Assembly (NCBI GenBank): GCA_048571215.1
Contig: CP182352.1
Location: forward strand, 288,001 to 352,000
Origin: Halarcobacter sp.
GTDB taxonomy: Bacteria; Campylobacterota; Campylobacteria; Campylobacterales; Arcobacteraceae
Length of the DNA: 64,000 nucleotides
Direction of reading: 5' to 3'
Part shown: piece by piece, positions 47,975 through 57,948 of the stretch
Layout: each line of letters opens with the position of its first letter
How positions within the stretch are numbered: the stretch's first letter is position 1
Made by a program: the position numbers and the translations under genes
Notes under the pieces: model-generated
Databases searched by the model: none
What the model was told of the DNA's origin: nothing
The model's input: the letters and a program-made list of their open reading frames with translations, nothing else

Positions 47975-50368
47975 ATGGAAAATAGTATTAGAGTTTTAGG
48001 AGCTTATGGCTCAAAGGGTTATGATTTAAATTCAACTTGTATCCAGCTTAGTGAAAAAGTTTTAATTGATGCGGGTAATATTATGACTCCTTTAGGTAAA
48101 GAAGCTTTAAAAATTGAACATATAATTTTATCTCATTCTCACCTAGACCATATAATTGAAATCCCATTTCTAATAGATACCTTTTATGAAAAAAGAAAAG
48201 AACCTTTAATAATTTATGGAATGAAACAAACAATTTTAGATCTAAAAAACTATATTTTAAATGAAAAAATTTGGCCAGATTTTAGTGAAATTGAATTATT
48301 ACACTCAAATAAAAAGAGTATTATTTTTAAAGAGATAAATTATGGAGATAGTTTAGATTTTGAAGATGTAAGTGTTAAAATTATCCCTAACAACCACACC
48401 TCTTCAAGTTGTGCCTTTGTGATAACTAAAAAAGGAAACTCTTTACTTTTTTCTTCTGATACCTTTACTTGTGATAGTATTTGGGACGAAATCAATAATA
48501 ATAAAGCAATAAAAACTTTAATTATTGATGTATCCTTTCCAACAAAATTAGAAAAAATTGCAACTTTAAGTAAACATCTAACTCCAAAACTTTTAAAAGA
48601 GGAATTAAAAAAACTAAAAAGAAATGATTTAGTAATCCATGTAAATCATCTAAAACCACTTTATATTACAGAGATAAAAGAGGAATTAAATAGTTTAAAT
48701 ATTTTTTATAATAATGGTGTTGTATTAAAAGATCTGGATACAATAAACTTAAAAACATTAAAGGTAATACATAGTTTTGATACTACAAAAAGACAAATTG
48801 AGTATTTAAATAAAATTGGTCATGCTTTAACTTCTGAAAAAAACTTTGATACTTTGATGGATAAGATACTTAGTGCAGCAAAAAATCTTACCCATGCAGA
48901 TGCTGGAACAATTTATCTTGTAAGTGATGATGAAAAAAGTTTAAAGTTTAAAATAGTACATACAGATTCTTTGTATCTAAAAATGGGTGGTATAGGTGAG
49001 AAGATAAACTGGCCTGATTTACCTTTATATGATGAATTTGGAAATGCAAATATTGATAAGATATCGGTAAAATGTGCTTTAGAAAATATATTAATAAATA
49101 TACCAGATGTATATGCAACAGATAGTTTTAATTTCACAGGTCCTCGTGTTTTTGATGCTAATACAAATTATAAAACAAAATCTATGTTAGTTGTTCCTTT
49201 GGTAAATAATGACAATGATGTTATAGGTGTACTACAATTAATTAATAAAAAAAATAAAAATAATAAAATTGAAGAGTTTAGTTATGAAGATGAGAGGCTC
49301 ATCTTATCTATGGGCTCACAAGCTGCTGTTGCAATGTCAAATATGAAGTTGGTAAAGGATTTAGAAAAACTTTTAAACTCATTTATGCAAGCTATTGCAA
49401 CTGCTATTGGTGAAAAGTCTAAATATACCCAAGGGCATGTAAATAGAGTTGCTCAAATCACTTCTGATATTGCATTTGCAATAAATAGAGATAAAAAGGG
49501 TTTATATAAAGATATTAAATTTAATATAGAAGAGTTAAGACAACTTGATGTAGCTTCTTGGATGCATGATATTGGTAAGATTTCAACACCTGAGTATGTG
49601 GTAGATAAAAGAACAAAGTTAGAAACAATCCATGATAGAATCCATTTAGTAAAAGCAAAATTTGAGATTTTAAAAAGAGATTTGGAGCTTCAATTATATA
49701 AAGATTTATCTATTAGTGATAATGAAAATAAAAAACAGAAATTAAAACAAAAGTATGAAAATCAAATCAAACAACTAGAAGAGGATTTAAAGTTTTTAGA
49801 GCATAATAATTATGGAAGTGAATTTACAACTGATGATAAAATAGATAGAATTATAAGTATCTCAAAAAAAGAGTTGATAATAAATGGTGAAAAATGTAAT
49901 CTTTTATCGGAAAATGAAGTAAAAAATATGACTATTAGGAAAGGTACTTTAACTGATGAGGAGAGGTTTATTATTAATGAACATGCTAGACTTAGTGTAA
50001 AGATGTTAGAAACTATGTCTTTCCCTAAAAAGCTTAAAAATGTTCCAATTATTGCAGGTGGACACCATGAAAAGATTTGTGGAGGTGGATATCCAAACAA
50101 TCTTAAAGGTGATGAAATCTGTTTAGAAGCGAGAATTTTAGCAATAGCAGATATCTTTGAGGCTGTAACAGCACATGATAGACCTTATAAAAAGCCAAAC
50201 ACTTTAAATCAAGCTCTTAATATTTTGTATATGATGGCAAAAGATGATGAACTTGATAGAAATTTAGTTAAATTTTTCATTCAAGAAAAAATATATGAAC
50301 AATATATTGAAGATAATTTAATGCAAACTCAAATGGATGAAATAAATATTGATGTGAGTGATTTATAA
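47975..50368 (+). CDS. MBL-fold (class II cNMP phosphodiesterase-like) + GAF + HD-GYP phosphodiesterase
   Basis: HSHLDH, SSDT, HLTP, NHLKP; GAF motifs NIPDVY, Y.TKSMLVVPL, GVLQLINK; HVNRV, HDIGK, HHEK..GGGYP and ADIFEA.TA.DRPYK. Confidence 0.92.
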   Translation: MENSIRVLGAYGSKGYDLNSTCIQLSEKVLIDAGNIMTPLGKEALKIEHIILSHSHLDHIIEIPFLIDTFYEKRKEPLIIYGMKQTILDLKNYILNEKIWPDFSEIELLHSNKKSIIFKEINYGDSLDFEDVSVKIIPNNHTSSSCAFVITKKGNSLLFSSDTFTCDSIWDEINNNKAIKTLIIDVSFPTKLEKIATLSKHLTPKLLKEELKKLKRNDLVIHVNHLKPLYITEIKEELNSLNIFYNNGVVLKDLDTINLKTLKVIHSFDTTKRQIEYLNKIGHALTSEKNFDTLMDKILSAAKNLTHADAGTIYLVSDDEKSLKFKIVHTDSLYLKMGGIGEKINWPDLPLYDEFGNANIDKISVKCALENILINIPDVYATDSFNFTGPRVFDANTNYKTKSMLVVPLVNNDNDVIGVLQLINKKNKNNKIEEFSYEDERLILSMGSQAAVAMSNMKLVKDLEKLLNSFMQAIATAIGEKSKYTQGHVNRVAQITSDIAFAINRDKKGLYKDIKFNIEELRQLDVASWMHDIGKISTPEYVVDKRTKLETIHDRIHLVKAKFEILKRDLELQLYKDLSISDNENKKQKLKQKYENQIKQLEEDLKFLEHNNYGSEFTTDDKIDRIISISKKELIINGEKCNLLSENEVKNMTIRKGTLTDEERFIINEHARLSVKMLETMSFPKKLKNVPIIAGGHHEKICGGGYPNNLKGDEICLEARILAIADIFEAVTAHDRPYKKPNTLNQALNILYMMAKDDELDRNLVKFFIQEKIYEQYIEDNLMQTQMDEINIDVSDL

Positions 50369-50371
50369 AAT

Positions 50372-50977
50372 CTAAATCTCATTTAAATATTTTATATCCT
50401 CAAAAACATCTTTATAATATGGGAGACTAACCTCATTGAAGCTCTCTTTATCTTGATAAAAGTTTATATACCAATCAAATTCTATATCTTTATTTTTTAA
50501 AGCTTGCATAGATAAAAGGGTGTCATTTATCCCCCCTAGTTTTGAAGGGCAGATTAAAATAGCTTTTGTTTCAAGTTTTTTAATTAAATCAATAATGAAA
50601 AAATCTTTTTCAAGGGGAACCATTAAGCCTCCAGCACCTTCAATGATTAAAATATCACAAAACTTTAAAAGGTAATCTCTTTTTTCTAAGATATAATTTA
50701 TATCAATTTTAGTATCACCTTTAGCTACATATGGAGCTGCAGGAAGTTTAAATTGATATGGAACCACATCATTTATAGATACATTAAAATCACTATTTAA
50801 CTCTTTTGCTATATTTAAAAGTTTGTTCCCATCCAATGCTATAGGAGCTACACCTGTTTCTATAGGTTTAAAGTAACCAACTCTTAAGTTATGTTTGGCA
50901 TAATGCCTTAAGAATTTTTCACTGGCATAAGATTTGCCAACATCAGTGTTTGTTGCTGTAATAAAAATAGTATTCAT
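50372..50977 (-). CDS. bioD: Dethiobiotin synthase
   Basis: FITATNTDVGKS, FKPIETG, EGAGGLMVP and LGGIN motifs. Confidence 0.95.
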   Translation of the reverse strand: MNTIFITATNTDVGKSYASEKFLRHYAKHNLRVGYFKPIETGVAPIALDGNKLLNIAKELNSDFNVSINDVVPYQFKLPAAPYVAKGDTKIDINYILEKRDYLLKFCDILIIEGAGGLMVPLEKDFFIIDLIKKLETKAILICPSKLGGINDTLLSMQALKNKDIEFDWYINFYQDKESFNEVSLPYYKDVFEDIKYLNEI

Positions 50978-50982
50978 ATTTT

Positions 50983-51063
50983 ATTATATCAAAAAATAAA
51001 AAAAACTTTAAAATATTTTATATACATTTTATTTTACTAAGATTATTACTTTTTTGTTATAAT
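50983..51063. promoter_or_regulatory. Divergent extended -10 promoters for bioD (minus, 50983-50991) and clpS (plus, 51055-51063)
   Basis: TGATATAAT on the minus strand and TGTTATAAT on the plus strand. Confidence 0.6.
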
Positions 51064-51092
51064 ATATACAATAAAAAATAAAAAGGAACGAT

Positions 51093-51392
51093 GTGGCTAA
51101 TGAATTAGAGACAGAACTAGATAACGATTTAGAAGTAATTGAACCTAAAAAATATAAAGTGCTTTTATTAAATGATGATTACTCAACTATGGATTTTGTT
51201 ATTGATGTTTTAACTAAAGTATTCCGAAAAACTGTAGATCAAGCTACACAAATCATGCTAAATATCCATAATCAAGGAAAAGCAGTATGTGGAATATATA
51301 CTCATGAAATAGCTTCAACAAAGGTTGCTCAAGTTAAAACTTTAGCAAGAGAAAAGGGATTCCCTTTAAAAGCAATAATGGAAGAAGAGTAA
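51093..51392 (+). CDS. clpS: ATP-dependent Clp protease adaptor ClpS
   Basis: YKVLLLNDDYSTMDFV, IMLNIHNQGKA and FPLKA motifs. Confidence 0.96.
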   Translation: MANELETELDNDLEVIEPKKYKVLLLNDDYSTMDFVIDVLTKVFRKTVDQATQIMLNIHNQGKAVCGIYTHEIASTKVAQVKTLAREKGFPLKAIMEEE

Positions 51393-51395
51393 AAA

Positions 51396-53627
51396 ATGAT
51401 AAGTAAAGAATTAAGAAATATTTTTGCACAAGCTGTAAATTATGCTAAAAAAAGTCGTCATGAGTATTTAACCGTTGAACATATTTTTTTGATGTTGATT
51501 CATGATGAGGTTATAGAAGAATTATTTGAAGATTTAGGTTTAGATAAAAATAAATTTTTCAATGATGTAAAAAAATATATAGATGATAATACCCCAGTTT
51601 ATCCAGCAAATATAGAGGATGAACCAATTGAAACTATAACTTTAACATCTACAATTGAAAATATGGTTGCCCATACTCAAACTAGTGGTAAAAGAAATGC
51701 CAGTGTTGAAGATATGTTCGTAGCAATATTAAAAAATGAAAAATCCTATGCAACCTATCTTTTAAAATTAGCTGGTGTTGAAAAAGTAGATATTTTAGAA
51801 GAGATATCACATAAAGATTTAGGTGAACAAGATGACGAAGGTTTACTTTCTCAAAGTGAAAATGAAGAGGAAAATAAAGTATTAGATAAAAATTCAACTG
51901 AACTTGTAGCCCTTGCAAAAAAAGGTGAGATTGATCCAGTTATTGGTAGAGTAAATGAGATTGAAAGAGTGGTTCAGATTTTAAGTAGAAGAAAGAAAAA
52001 TAATCCAATACTAGTGGGAGAACCAGGAGTTGGTAAAACTGCTATTGCTGAGGGTTTAGCATTAGAAATAGCAAATGGAAGAGTACCAGAGTTTTTAGAA
52101 AAAGCTAAAGTATACTCTCTTGATATGGGTTCTATGTTAGCAGGAACAAAATATAGAGGTGATTTTGAAAAAAAATTAAAAGGGCTTTTAAAAGAGGTTA
52201 GCAAAATACCAAATGCAATTTTATTTATAGATGAGATTCACACAATAGTTGGGGCTGGAAGTGTAAGTGGAAGTGCTATGGATGCTTCAAATATCTTAAA
52301 ACCACTTTTAGCTAATGGAAAATTAAGATGTATTGGTGCTACAACTTTTAGTGAATATAGAAATGATTTTTCTAAAGATAAAGCACTTAGTAGAAGATTT
52401 GCAAAAGTTGATATTGATGAACCATCGATTGAAGATACAGTTACTATTTTAGAAGGTATTAAACCTAAATATGAAGAGTTTCATGGAGTTGTATATAATA
52501 AAAATGCTATTGAAACAGCCGTAGAACTAAGTAAAAAATATATCACAGATAGATTTTTACCTGATAGTGCTATTGATGTGATTGATGAGGTTGGAGCCCA
52601 CAAAAAGATTGAATATGCAAGTTTAAATAAAAATAATATAAAAATATTACAAAAAGATGTTGAAGATACTGTTGCAAAGATGGCACATATCCCATCTAAA
52701 TCAACAACAAAATCAGATATCTCATTACTTAAAAATCTTGAAAAAAATATGCAAAAAAGGGTATTTGGTCAAGATGATGCTATTGTAACTATAGTTCAAT
52801 CTATAAAAAGAAATAAAGCAGGACTTAATCTTGATAAAAAACCAATAGGAAGCTTTTTATTTACTGGACCTACAGGAGTTGGTAAAACTGAGGTTGCAAA
52901 AGAGTTATCAAATCAAATGGGTATCCATTTTGAAAGATTTGATATGAGTGAATATATGGAACCCCATACAATATCAAGACTTATAGGAGCACCAGCAGGA
53001 TATGTTGGCTTTGAAAATGGAGGACTTTTAACAGAGGCAATTAGAAAACATCCTCATTGTGTACTTTTATTGGATGAGATAGAAAAAGCTCATCCTGATT
53101 TGATGTCAGTTTTACTTCAAGTTATGGATAATGCTGAATTAACTGATAATAGTGGAAATAAAGCTGATTTCCAAAATGTAGTTTTAATAATGACTTCAAA
53201 TCTTGGTGCAACTGAAGCCAATGTAATGGGATTTACAAAAGATGAGTCATTAAATGAAAATAAAGCAATAAATAAATTCTTTGCGCCTGAGTTTAGAAAT
53301 AGACTTGATGCAACTGTTAGCTTTAGAGCCTTGACACAAGATATTGTTGCAAAAGTTGCAGGTAAGTTTGTAGAGGATTTAGAAAAACAACTTGAAAGTA
53401 AAAAAATATCTATCTCAATCACTGCAAGAGCAAAAAAACACTTGGCAGAATTAGGTTATGATAAAGCAATGGGAGCAAGACCACTTACAAGAGTTATCTC
53501 TGATAAGATTAAAAATGTTTTAACAGATGAGATATTATTTGGTAAACTTAAAAAAGGTGGAAATGTAAAAATTGATTTTGTAAAAGAGGAGTTTAAGTTT
53601 ACATATAAACCCTTAGAACACAAATAA
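51396..53627 (+). CDS. clpA: ATP-dependent Clp protease ATPase subunit ClpA
   Basis: Two AAA+ modules (GEPGVGKT, GPTGVGKT), no ClpB middle domain, MGF loop, adjacent to clpS. Confidence 0.96.
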   Translation: MISKELRNIFAQAVNYAKKSRHEYLTVEHIFLMLIHDEVIEELFEDLGLDKNKFFNDVKKYIDDNTPVYPANIEDEPIETITLTSTIENMVAHTQTSGKRNASVEDMFVAILKNEKSYATYLLKLAGVEKVDILEEISHKDLGEQDDEGLLSQSENEEENKVLDKNSTELVALAKKGEIDPVIGRVNEIERVVQILSRRKKNNPILVGEPGVGKTAIAEGLALEIANGRVPEFLEKAKVYSLDMGSMLAGTKYRGDFEKKLKGLLKEVSKIPNAILFIDEIHTIVGAGSVSGSAMDASNILKPLLANGKLRCIGATTFSEYRNDFSKDKALSRRFAKVDIDEPSIEDTVTILEGIKPKYEEFHGVVYNKNAIETAVELSKKYITDRFLPDSAIDVIDEVGAHKKIEYASLNKNNIKILQKDVEDTVAKMAHIPSKSTTKSDISLLKNLEKNMQKRVFGQDDAIVTIVQSIKRNKAGLNLDKKPIGSFLFTGPTGVGKTEVAKELSNQMGIHFERFDMSEYMEPHTISRLIGAPAGYVGFENGGLLTEAIRKHPHCVLLLDEIEKAHPDLMSVLLQVMDNAELTDNSGNKADFQNVVLIMTSNLGATEANVMGFTKDESLNENKAINKFFAPEFRNRLDATVSFRALTQDIVAKVAGKFVEDLEKQLESKKISISITARAKKHLAELGYDKAMGARPLTRVISDKIKNVLTDEILFGKLKKGGNVKIDFVKEEFKFTYKPLEHK

Positions 53628-53711
53628 TTCACAATTATTATTACAATATTATATTTATATCATTTTAAGATAATGAAAGTAAAATTAATAATTATAAAAC
53701 AAGGAAGTTTG

Positions 53712-54359
53712 ATGAGAAAAATTTTATTAAGTTCGGCAGTAGCACTTTTATTATTAAGTGGATGTGGTGATGAAAAAAAGGAAGCACCAGCAACAGTTGA
53801 AAAAAAAGTTGAAACAGTAAAAGAGGATAAATCTTCTGAAACTAAACTAATGGACCAAATGAAAGAATCGGGAAGTCAAGTAGCTTCTACAATAGCAACA
53901 GAGTCAAAAAAAATTGCTGATGCAGTCCCCGAAGCTGTAAAAAGTGTAGGTGAAAAAGTAGCCAATACAACAAAAGAGATAACTGATGAAGTGGTAGAAA
54001 CTGCAAGTGCAACAAAAGATAAAGTAGTTGAAACTGCGAGTGAGACAAAAGATAAGATTGAAAAAAGTATTAATGAGATAGTTGCAACTAAAAAAGAGCA
54101 AGTTGTATCACAAGATGAGATTAATGTAAAAGGTTTATATCTAAAATGTGCAGGTTGTCATGGTCAGCAAGCACAAATGGTAGCTTTAGGTAAATCAAAA
54201 ATTATTAAAGACTTATCAAAAGATGAGATTGTAACAGCACTTAAAGGTTATCAAGATGGAACATATGGTGGAGTTATGAAAGGTGTGATGAAAAGTCAAG
54301 TTGCAAACCTATCTGATAAAGAGATTGATGCTCTTGGTGAATATATATCTGCTTTTTAA
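53712..54359 (+). CDS. Lipoprotein-anchored class I cytochrome c (c553-like) with long linker
   Basis: AAGGA RBS before ATG 53712; lipobox LLSGC; CAGCHG haem motif; YGGVMKGVM distal Met. Confidence 0.88.
   Translation: MRKILLSSAVALLLLSGCGDEKKEAPATVEKKVETVKEDKSSETKLMDQMKESGSQVASTIATESKKIADAVPEAVKSVGEKVANTTKEITDEVVETASATKDKVVETASETKDKIEKSINEIVATKKEQVVSQDEINVKGLYLKCAGCHGQQAQMVALGKSKIIKDLSKDEIVTALKGYQDGTYGGVMKGVMKSQVANLSDKEIDALGEYISAF
53991..54056 (+). repeat. Two 33-bp (11-aa) tandem repeats in the cytochrome linker
   Basis: VVETASATKDK / VVETASETKDK. Confidence 0.8.
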
Positions 54360-54362
54360 AAA

Positions 54363-55031
54363 TTGAATATATTACCACTAGATAAATATTCTTATACTTT
54401 CCCAAACCCTTTGTATGCTTGTGATGAAGGTTTACTTGCATATGGAGGGGATCTATCCCCTACAAGACTTTTAACAGCATATGCAAAAGGAATTTTCCCT
54501 TGGTATAACAAAGAAGATCCAATCCTTTGGTGGAGCCCAAATCCAAGACTTATTTTAGATTTAGATGAATTAAAAGTATCCAAATCCCTAGCTAAAACTA
54601 TAAAAAAAGGTATCTATGAAATAAAGTTTGATACTAATTTTAGACAAGTAATGAATGAGTGTTCTAAAATTCCAAGGGAAGGACAAAAAGGAACTTGGAT
54701 ATTACCAGAGGTTATAGATGCCTATTGTACTTTACATGAAATGAATTTTGCCCATAGCTTTGAAGCTTATTTTGAAGGAGAGTTAGTTGGCGGAGGATAT
54801 GGTATAAATATAGGAGATATCTTTTGTGGAGAATCAATGTTTGCAAAAAAAAATGATGCCTCAAAAGTTGCTTTATATTACTTAGTACAAAAACTAAAAA
54901 CAAATGGTTTTAAACTTATAGATTGTCAAATACCAACTCCTCATTTGAAAAGTTTGGGAGCAAAAACTATTTCAAGGGAGAAGTTTTTACAACTTGTTAA
55001 CTCTTCAATAAATAATCCAAAAGAGTTTTAG
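54363..55031 (+). CDS. aat: Leucyl/phenylalanyl-tRNA--protein transferase
   Basis: GLLAYGGDLS, AY.KGIFPW, WWSPNPR, FCGESMF, ASKVA and IDCQ motifs. Confidence 0.96.
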   Translation: MNILPLDKYSYTFPNPLYACDEGLLAYGGDLSPTRLLTAYAKGIFPWYNKEDPILWWSPNPRLILDLDELKVSKSLAKTIKKGIYEIKFDTNFRQVMNECSKIPREGQKGTWILPEVIDAYCTLHEMNFAHSFEAYFEGELVGGGYGINIGDIFCGESMFAKKNDASKVALYYLVQKLKTNGFKLIDCQIPTPHLKSLGAKTISREKFLQLVNSSINNPKEF

Positions 55032-55035
55032 AAAA

Positions 55036-55890
55036 TTATTTATTATTAGTATTTAATGTATCAATATCATGAAATGGTAAAATTGGTTCAACTACACTAT
55101 ATAAAAATTTATTTTTATTAAAAACAGTTTTTGAAATAATTCCTACTAATTTTCCATCTTGAAATACTCCACCACCACTATTTGATGGTATTGCCAAACA
55201 GTCACTTCTTATCTCTTCTTTTTTTTCTAAGTCTGTATAATCTAATGTGGTGTTTAGCCCTGTAGGGGTATTTTTAGCTTTATAAAACTTACAGTTTTTT
55301 TCTTCTAATAATACATTGTAGTACATACCTTCTTTGGACATTGAATAATATTTAAAAATCCCTTTTTTATCTAACTTTAGTTTTGATATTTTTAGTTTAG
55401 AGATGGTTTTACTAGGTATATAGTTCAAATCAAATCGTATATTTTTTGATTGTTTTATTCCACAATGTTTAGCCGTATATATTTTATTATTGGCATGTAC
55501 ACCATTGCAGTTTTTGAATTTTTTAAAATAGTTATACTCTTTGTTGATAGTTGGATTATCTGAATTCATATTTAAATATTTAGGGATTTGTTCTAAACTA
55601 TTTTTAGAAAAAGTATATTTGAAAGTTAGATTATCTAAATATTTATCAAGCATTAAAATATTGGTATCCATTGCTTCCACAGTAAATTCTGGATTAGGAT
55701 TTTGTATTAAAAAATTTTTGAATTTAATCAAACAACTTTTTGTTGATTTTAAATAATTATAAGACAATCTGACATTATCACTAAATTGTCTAGCCTTTTC
55801 ATATTTTTTACTACAATCATCCCATGTAAAAGCGTAAATACAATCAATACTTATTAACAAAATAAAGAATATTACATATAGCTTTCTCAT
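55036..55890 (-). CDS. Exported protein with C-terminal trypsin-like serine protease motifs
   Basis: Signal peptide; YTAKHC (His), FDLNY (possible Asp) and SNSGGGVF...LVGI (Ser). Confidence 0.6.
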   Translation of the reverse strand: MRKLYVIFFILLISIDCIYAFTWDDCSKKYEKARQFSDNVRLSYNYLKSTKSCLIKFKNFLIQNPNPEFTVEAMDTNILMLDKYLDNLTFKYTFSKNSLEQIPKYLNMNSDNPTINKEYNYFKKFKNCNGVHANNKIYTAKHCGIKQSKNIRFDLNYIPSKTISKLKISKLKLDKKGIFKYYSMSKEGMYYNVLLEEKNCKFYKAKNTPTGLNTTLDYTDLEKKEEIRSDCLAIPSNSGGGVFQDGKLVGIISKTVFNKNKFLYSVVEPILPFHDIDTLNTNNK

Positions 55891-56042
55891 AATATAGAAT
55901 TATACTATATTTTATAGATAAAATCAAAAAAAATTAAAATTAGTTTTATTTTATTAGTTTAAAAGTAAAACAATAAAAATAAGTAAAAATTATAAGTGAT
56001 TCTAAAGAAAATCATTGTAAAATTCCAAAAAAACTAGGATTA

Positions 56043-56789
56043 ATGATGATAAGAAAAATTGATATTGAAAGCCAAGAGTTTCAAATCCAATTAGAACTTA
56101 CTAAAAAATTTACAGATAATGTTTGTAAAGATTATGGTTTTGTTTACAATCCTGAAGCTGATGTAAATGAATCTATCCAAAATGGACTTACTAGAAATAA
56201 ATTGATATATGATAATAGATATTGCCCATGTTTTATGGTTATAGGAAAAACACAAGAGGAAAAAGATAAGGCTGATAATAGACTTTGTCCCTGTACTCCT
56301 GCCTTAAAAGAAGAGATTCCAACTCAAGGGCATTGTCACTGTGGTATATTTTGTACCCCTGAGTACGCAAAAAAACTTGAACAAGAACAAGAAGCTGAAC
56401 TTGCAGTTCATGAACAATCTAGAGCTTTATCAACGCAAGAGTGTGAAATCTTACTTCAAAAAGACAATTTAGATAGTTCTGAACTTGAAGCCTTACTTGA
56501 ATCAAGGGAAGAAAAACTAATTGATTTTAATTTAGTTGATGTAAGAGAGTGGATGGAATGGGTTGGTGCTAGAATCAAAGGAACAGATTATTTAGTTCCA
56601 ACTACTTCTTTTTATAACTCTTTAGAACAAATAGAAAAACAAAAAGAGAAACCTGTAATTGTTTATTGTCATATTGGAAGTAGAAGTGCTTATTGTCAAC
56701 GAATGATGAGAGATATGGGATATAAGACTGTATCAAATTTACATTATGGAATAGCTTCATATCAAGGTGAACTTATTTCGGGAGAATAG
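56043..56789 (+). CDS. Ferredoxin:thioredoxin reductase catalytic-type domain fused to rhodanese
   Basis: CPC, CPC and CHC motifs, then DVRE..EW...I.G and VYCHIGSRS. Confidence 0.88.
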   Translation: MMIRKIDIESQEFQIQLELTKKFTDNVCKDYGFVYNPEADVNESIQNGLTRNKLIYDNRYCPCFMVIGKTQEEKDKADNRLCPCTPALKEEIPTQGHCHCGIFCTPEYAKKLEQEQEAELAVHEQSRALSTQECEILLQKDNLDSSELEALLESREEKLIDFNLVDVREWMEWVGARIKGTDYLVPTTSFYNSLEQIEKQKEKPVIVYCHIGSRSAYCQRMMRDMGYKTVSNLHYGIASYQGELISGE

Positions 56790-56852
56790 TTGTAACTAAG
56801 ATGTAAATAAATTAGCATATAATTTTTTTTCTTGCCCCTTATGCGATTATTT

Positions 56853-56883
56853 TATAATATCCCAATCTTTTTGGGATATTATA
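56853..56883. terminator. Hairpin between convergent genes (probable bidirectional terminator)
   Basis: tataatatcccaa-tcttt-ttgggatattata, 13-bp perfect stem. Confidence 0.75.
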
Positions 56884-57948
56884 TTAAACCTTATGATCTT
56901 CGTTTATCTTTAGAATATAAATATCATCACTAAATTTTTTAAGTAGTTGAACAAGTGAGATAAAAAAAGTAACCATAGCTGGACCTATAATCATACCCCA
57001 AAATCCAAAAGTTGAAAGTCCTGCAACTATTGAGAAGAATATTAAAAGTTCATTTACAGCAGTTGGGGTTTTTACAACTTTTTTATTTATATATTTTATT
57101 ATAACAGGTTTTATAAAAGTATCTGCAATAATTGATATAACTAAAATAGAGTAGACTACAATTGCAATTGCATTCCCTATACTTCCTACATATATTTCAT
57201 AAATAGCAACAGGAAGCCACATTATTAAACCACCTACAACAGGAACAAGTGAAGCAAAACCGTATAATACCCCAAGTAAAATCCCATCATAATCAAAGAA
57301 ACTAATAAAAATACCAAATAAAAAGCCTTCTAATACAGCAGTAGCTAAAATTGAATATAAAACCACACTCATTACATTTGAAGATTCATAAAATAGTGCA
57401 TTTGAGTCTTCACTTTTCAAAGGTAAGGCTTCTTTAAAATAGTGAGATAAACTTGTATTATAGAAGTTAAAAAAGAAATAAAATATAAGTATCATCACCA
57501 TATCTATAAAAAATTTTGCAGAGTTTTTACCCAAATACGCACCCATTGAGATAAGGTTTTGTATAAACTCTTTTACATCTATTTTTTCTAATAAATTAGT
57601 TAATTGATCCCTTATAGAAACAAAATTATCTGGTATGTTTTCTACCCAATCTTGTATAGTATTAAAGATATTTAAAAGTGCAGTTTGGTCTAATTTGTTA
57701 ATTAAACTTGCAAATGAAACAATACAATACAATATTGGAATAAAAAATATAGCAGTTAACAATATAGTCATAAATAAAGAGCTTATAAAATGATTTGGAA
57801 TAGTTCTTTTCATATAAAGGTTTAGTGAGTTTGTTGCAACTGCTAATAAAAGAGCTACAATCATAGGCTTTAAAAAAGGATTAAATAGTTCCAACATAAA
57901 AAATAAAGTAACAATAGTTAAACCAATTAAAAAGTATTGTGGTTTCAA
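56884..57948 (-). CDS. AI-2E (PerM/UPF0118) family transporter
   Basis: Multi-[22 protein letters not shown] and [14 protein letters not shown] motifs; overlaps the ruvB stop. Confidence 0.9.
   Translation of the reverse strand: MKPQYFLIGLTIVTLFFMLELFNPFLKPMIVALLLAVATNSLNLYMKRTIPNHFISSLFMTILLTAIFFIPILYCIVSFASLINKLDQTALLNIFNTIQDWVENIPDNFVSIRDQLTNLLEKIDVKEFIQNLISMGAYLGKNSAKFFIDMVMILIFYFFFNFYNTSLSHYFKEALPLKSEDSNALFYESSNVMSVVLYSILATAVLEGFLFGIFISFFDYDGILLGVLYGFASLVPVVGGLIMWLPVAIYEIYVGSIGNAIAIVVYSILVISIIADTFIKPVIIKYINKKVVKTPTAVNELLIFFSIVAGLSTFGFWGMIIGPAMVTFFISLVQLLKKFSDDIYILKINEDHKV

Noticed and set aside
53628..53700. Possible Fur box upstream of the cytochrome c gene
   Set aside because: Only a partial GATAATGA match in extremely AT-rich DNA, not distinguishable from chance.
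53673..53711. ORF-track start of the cytochrome c gene
   Set aside because: ATG at 53712 has an AAGGA RBS and gives a canonical lipoprotein signal.
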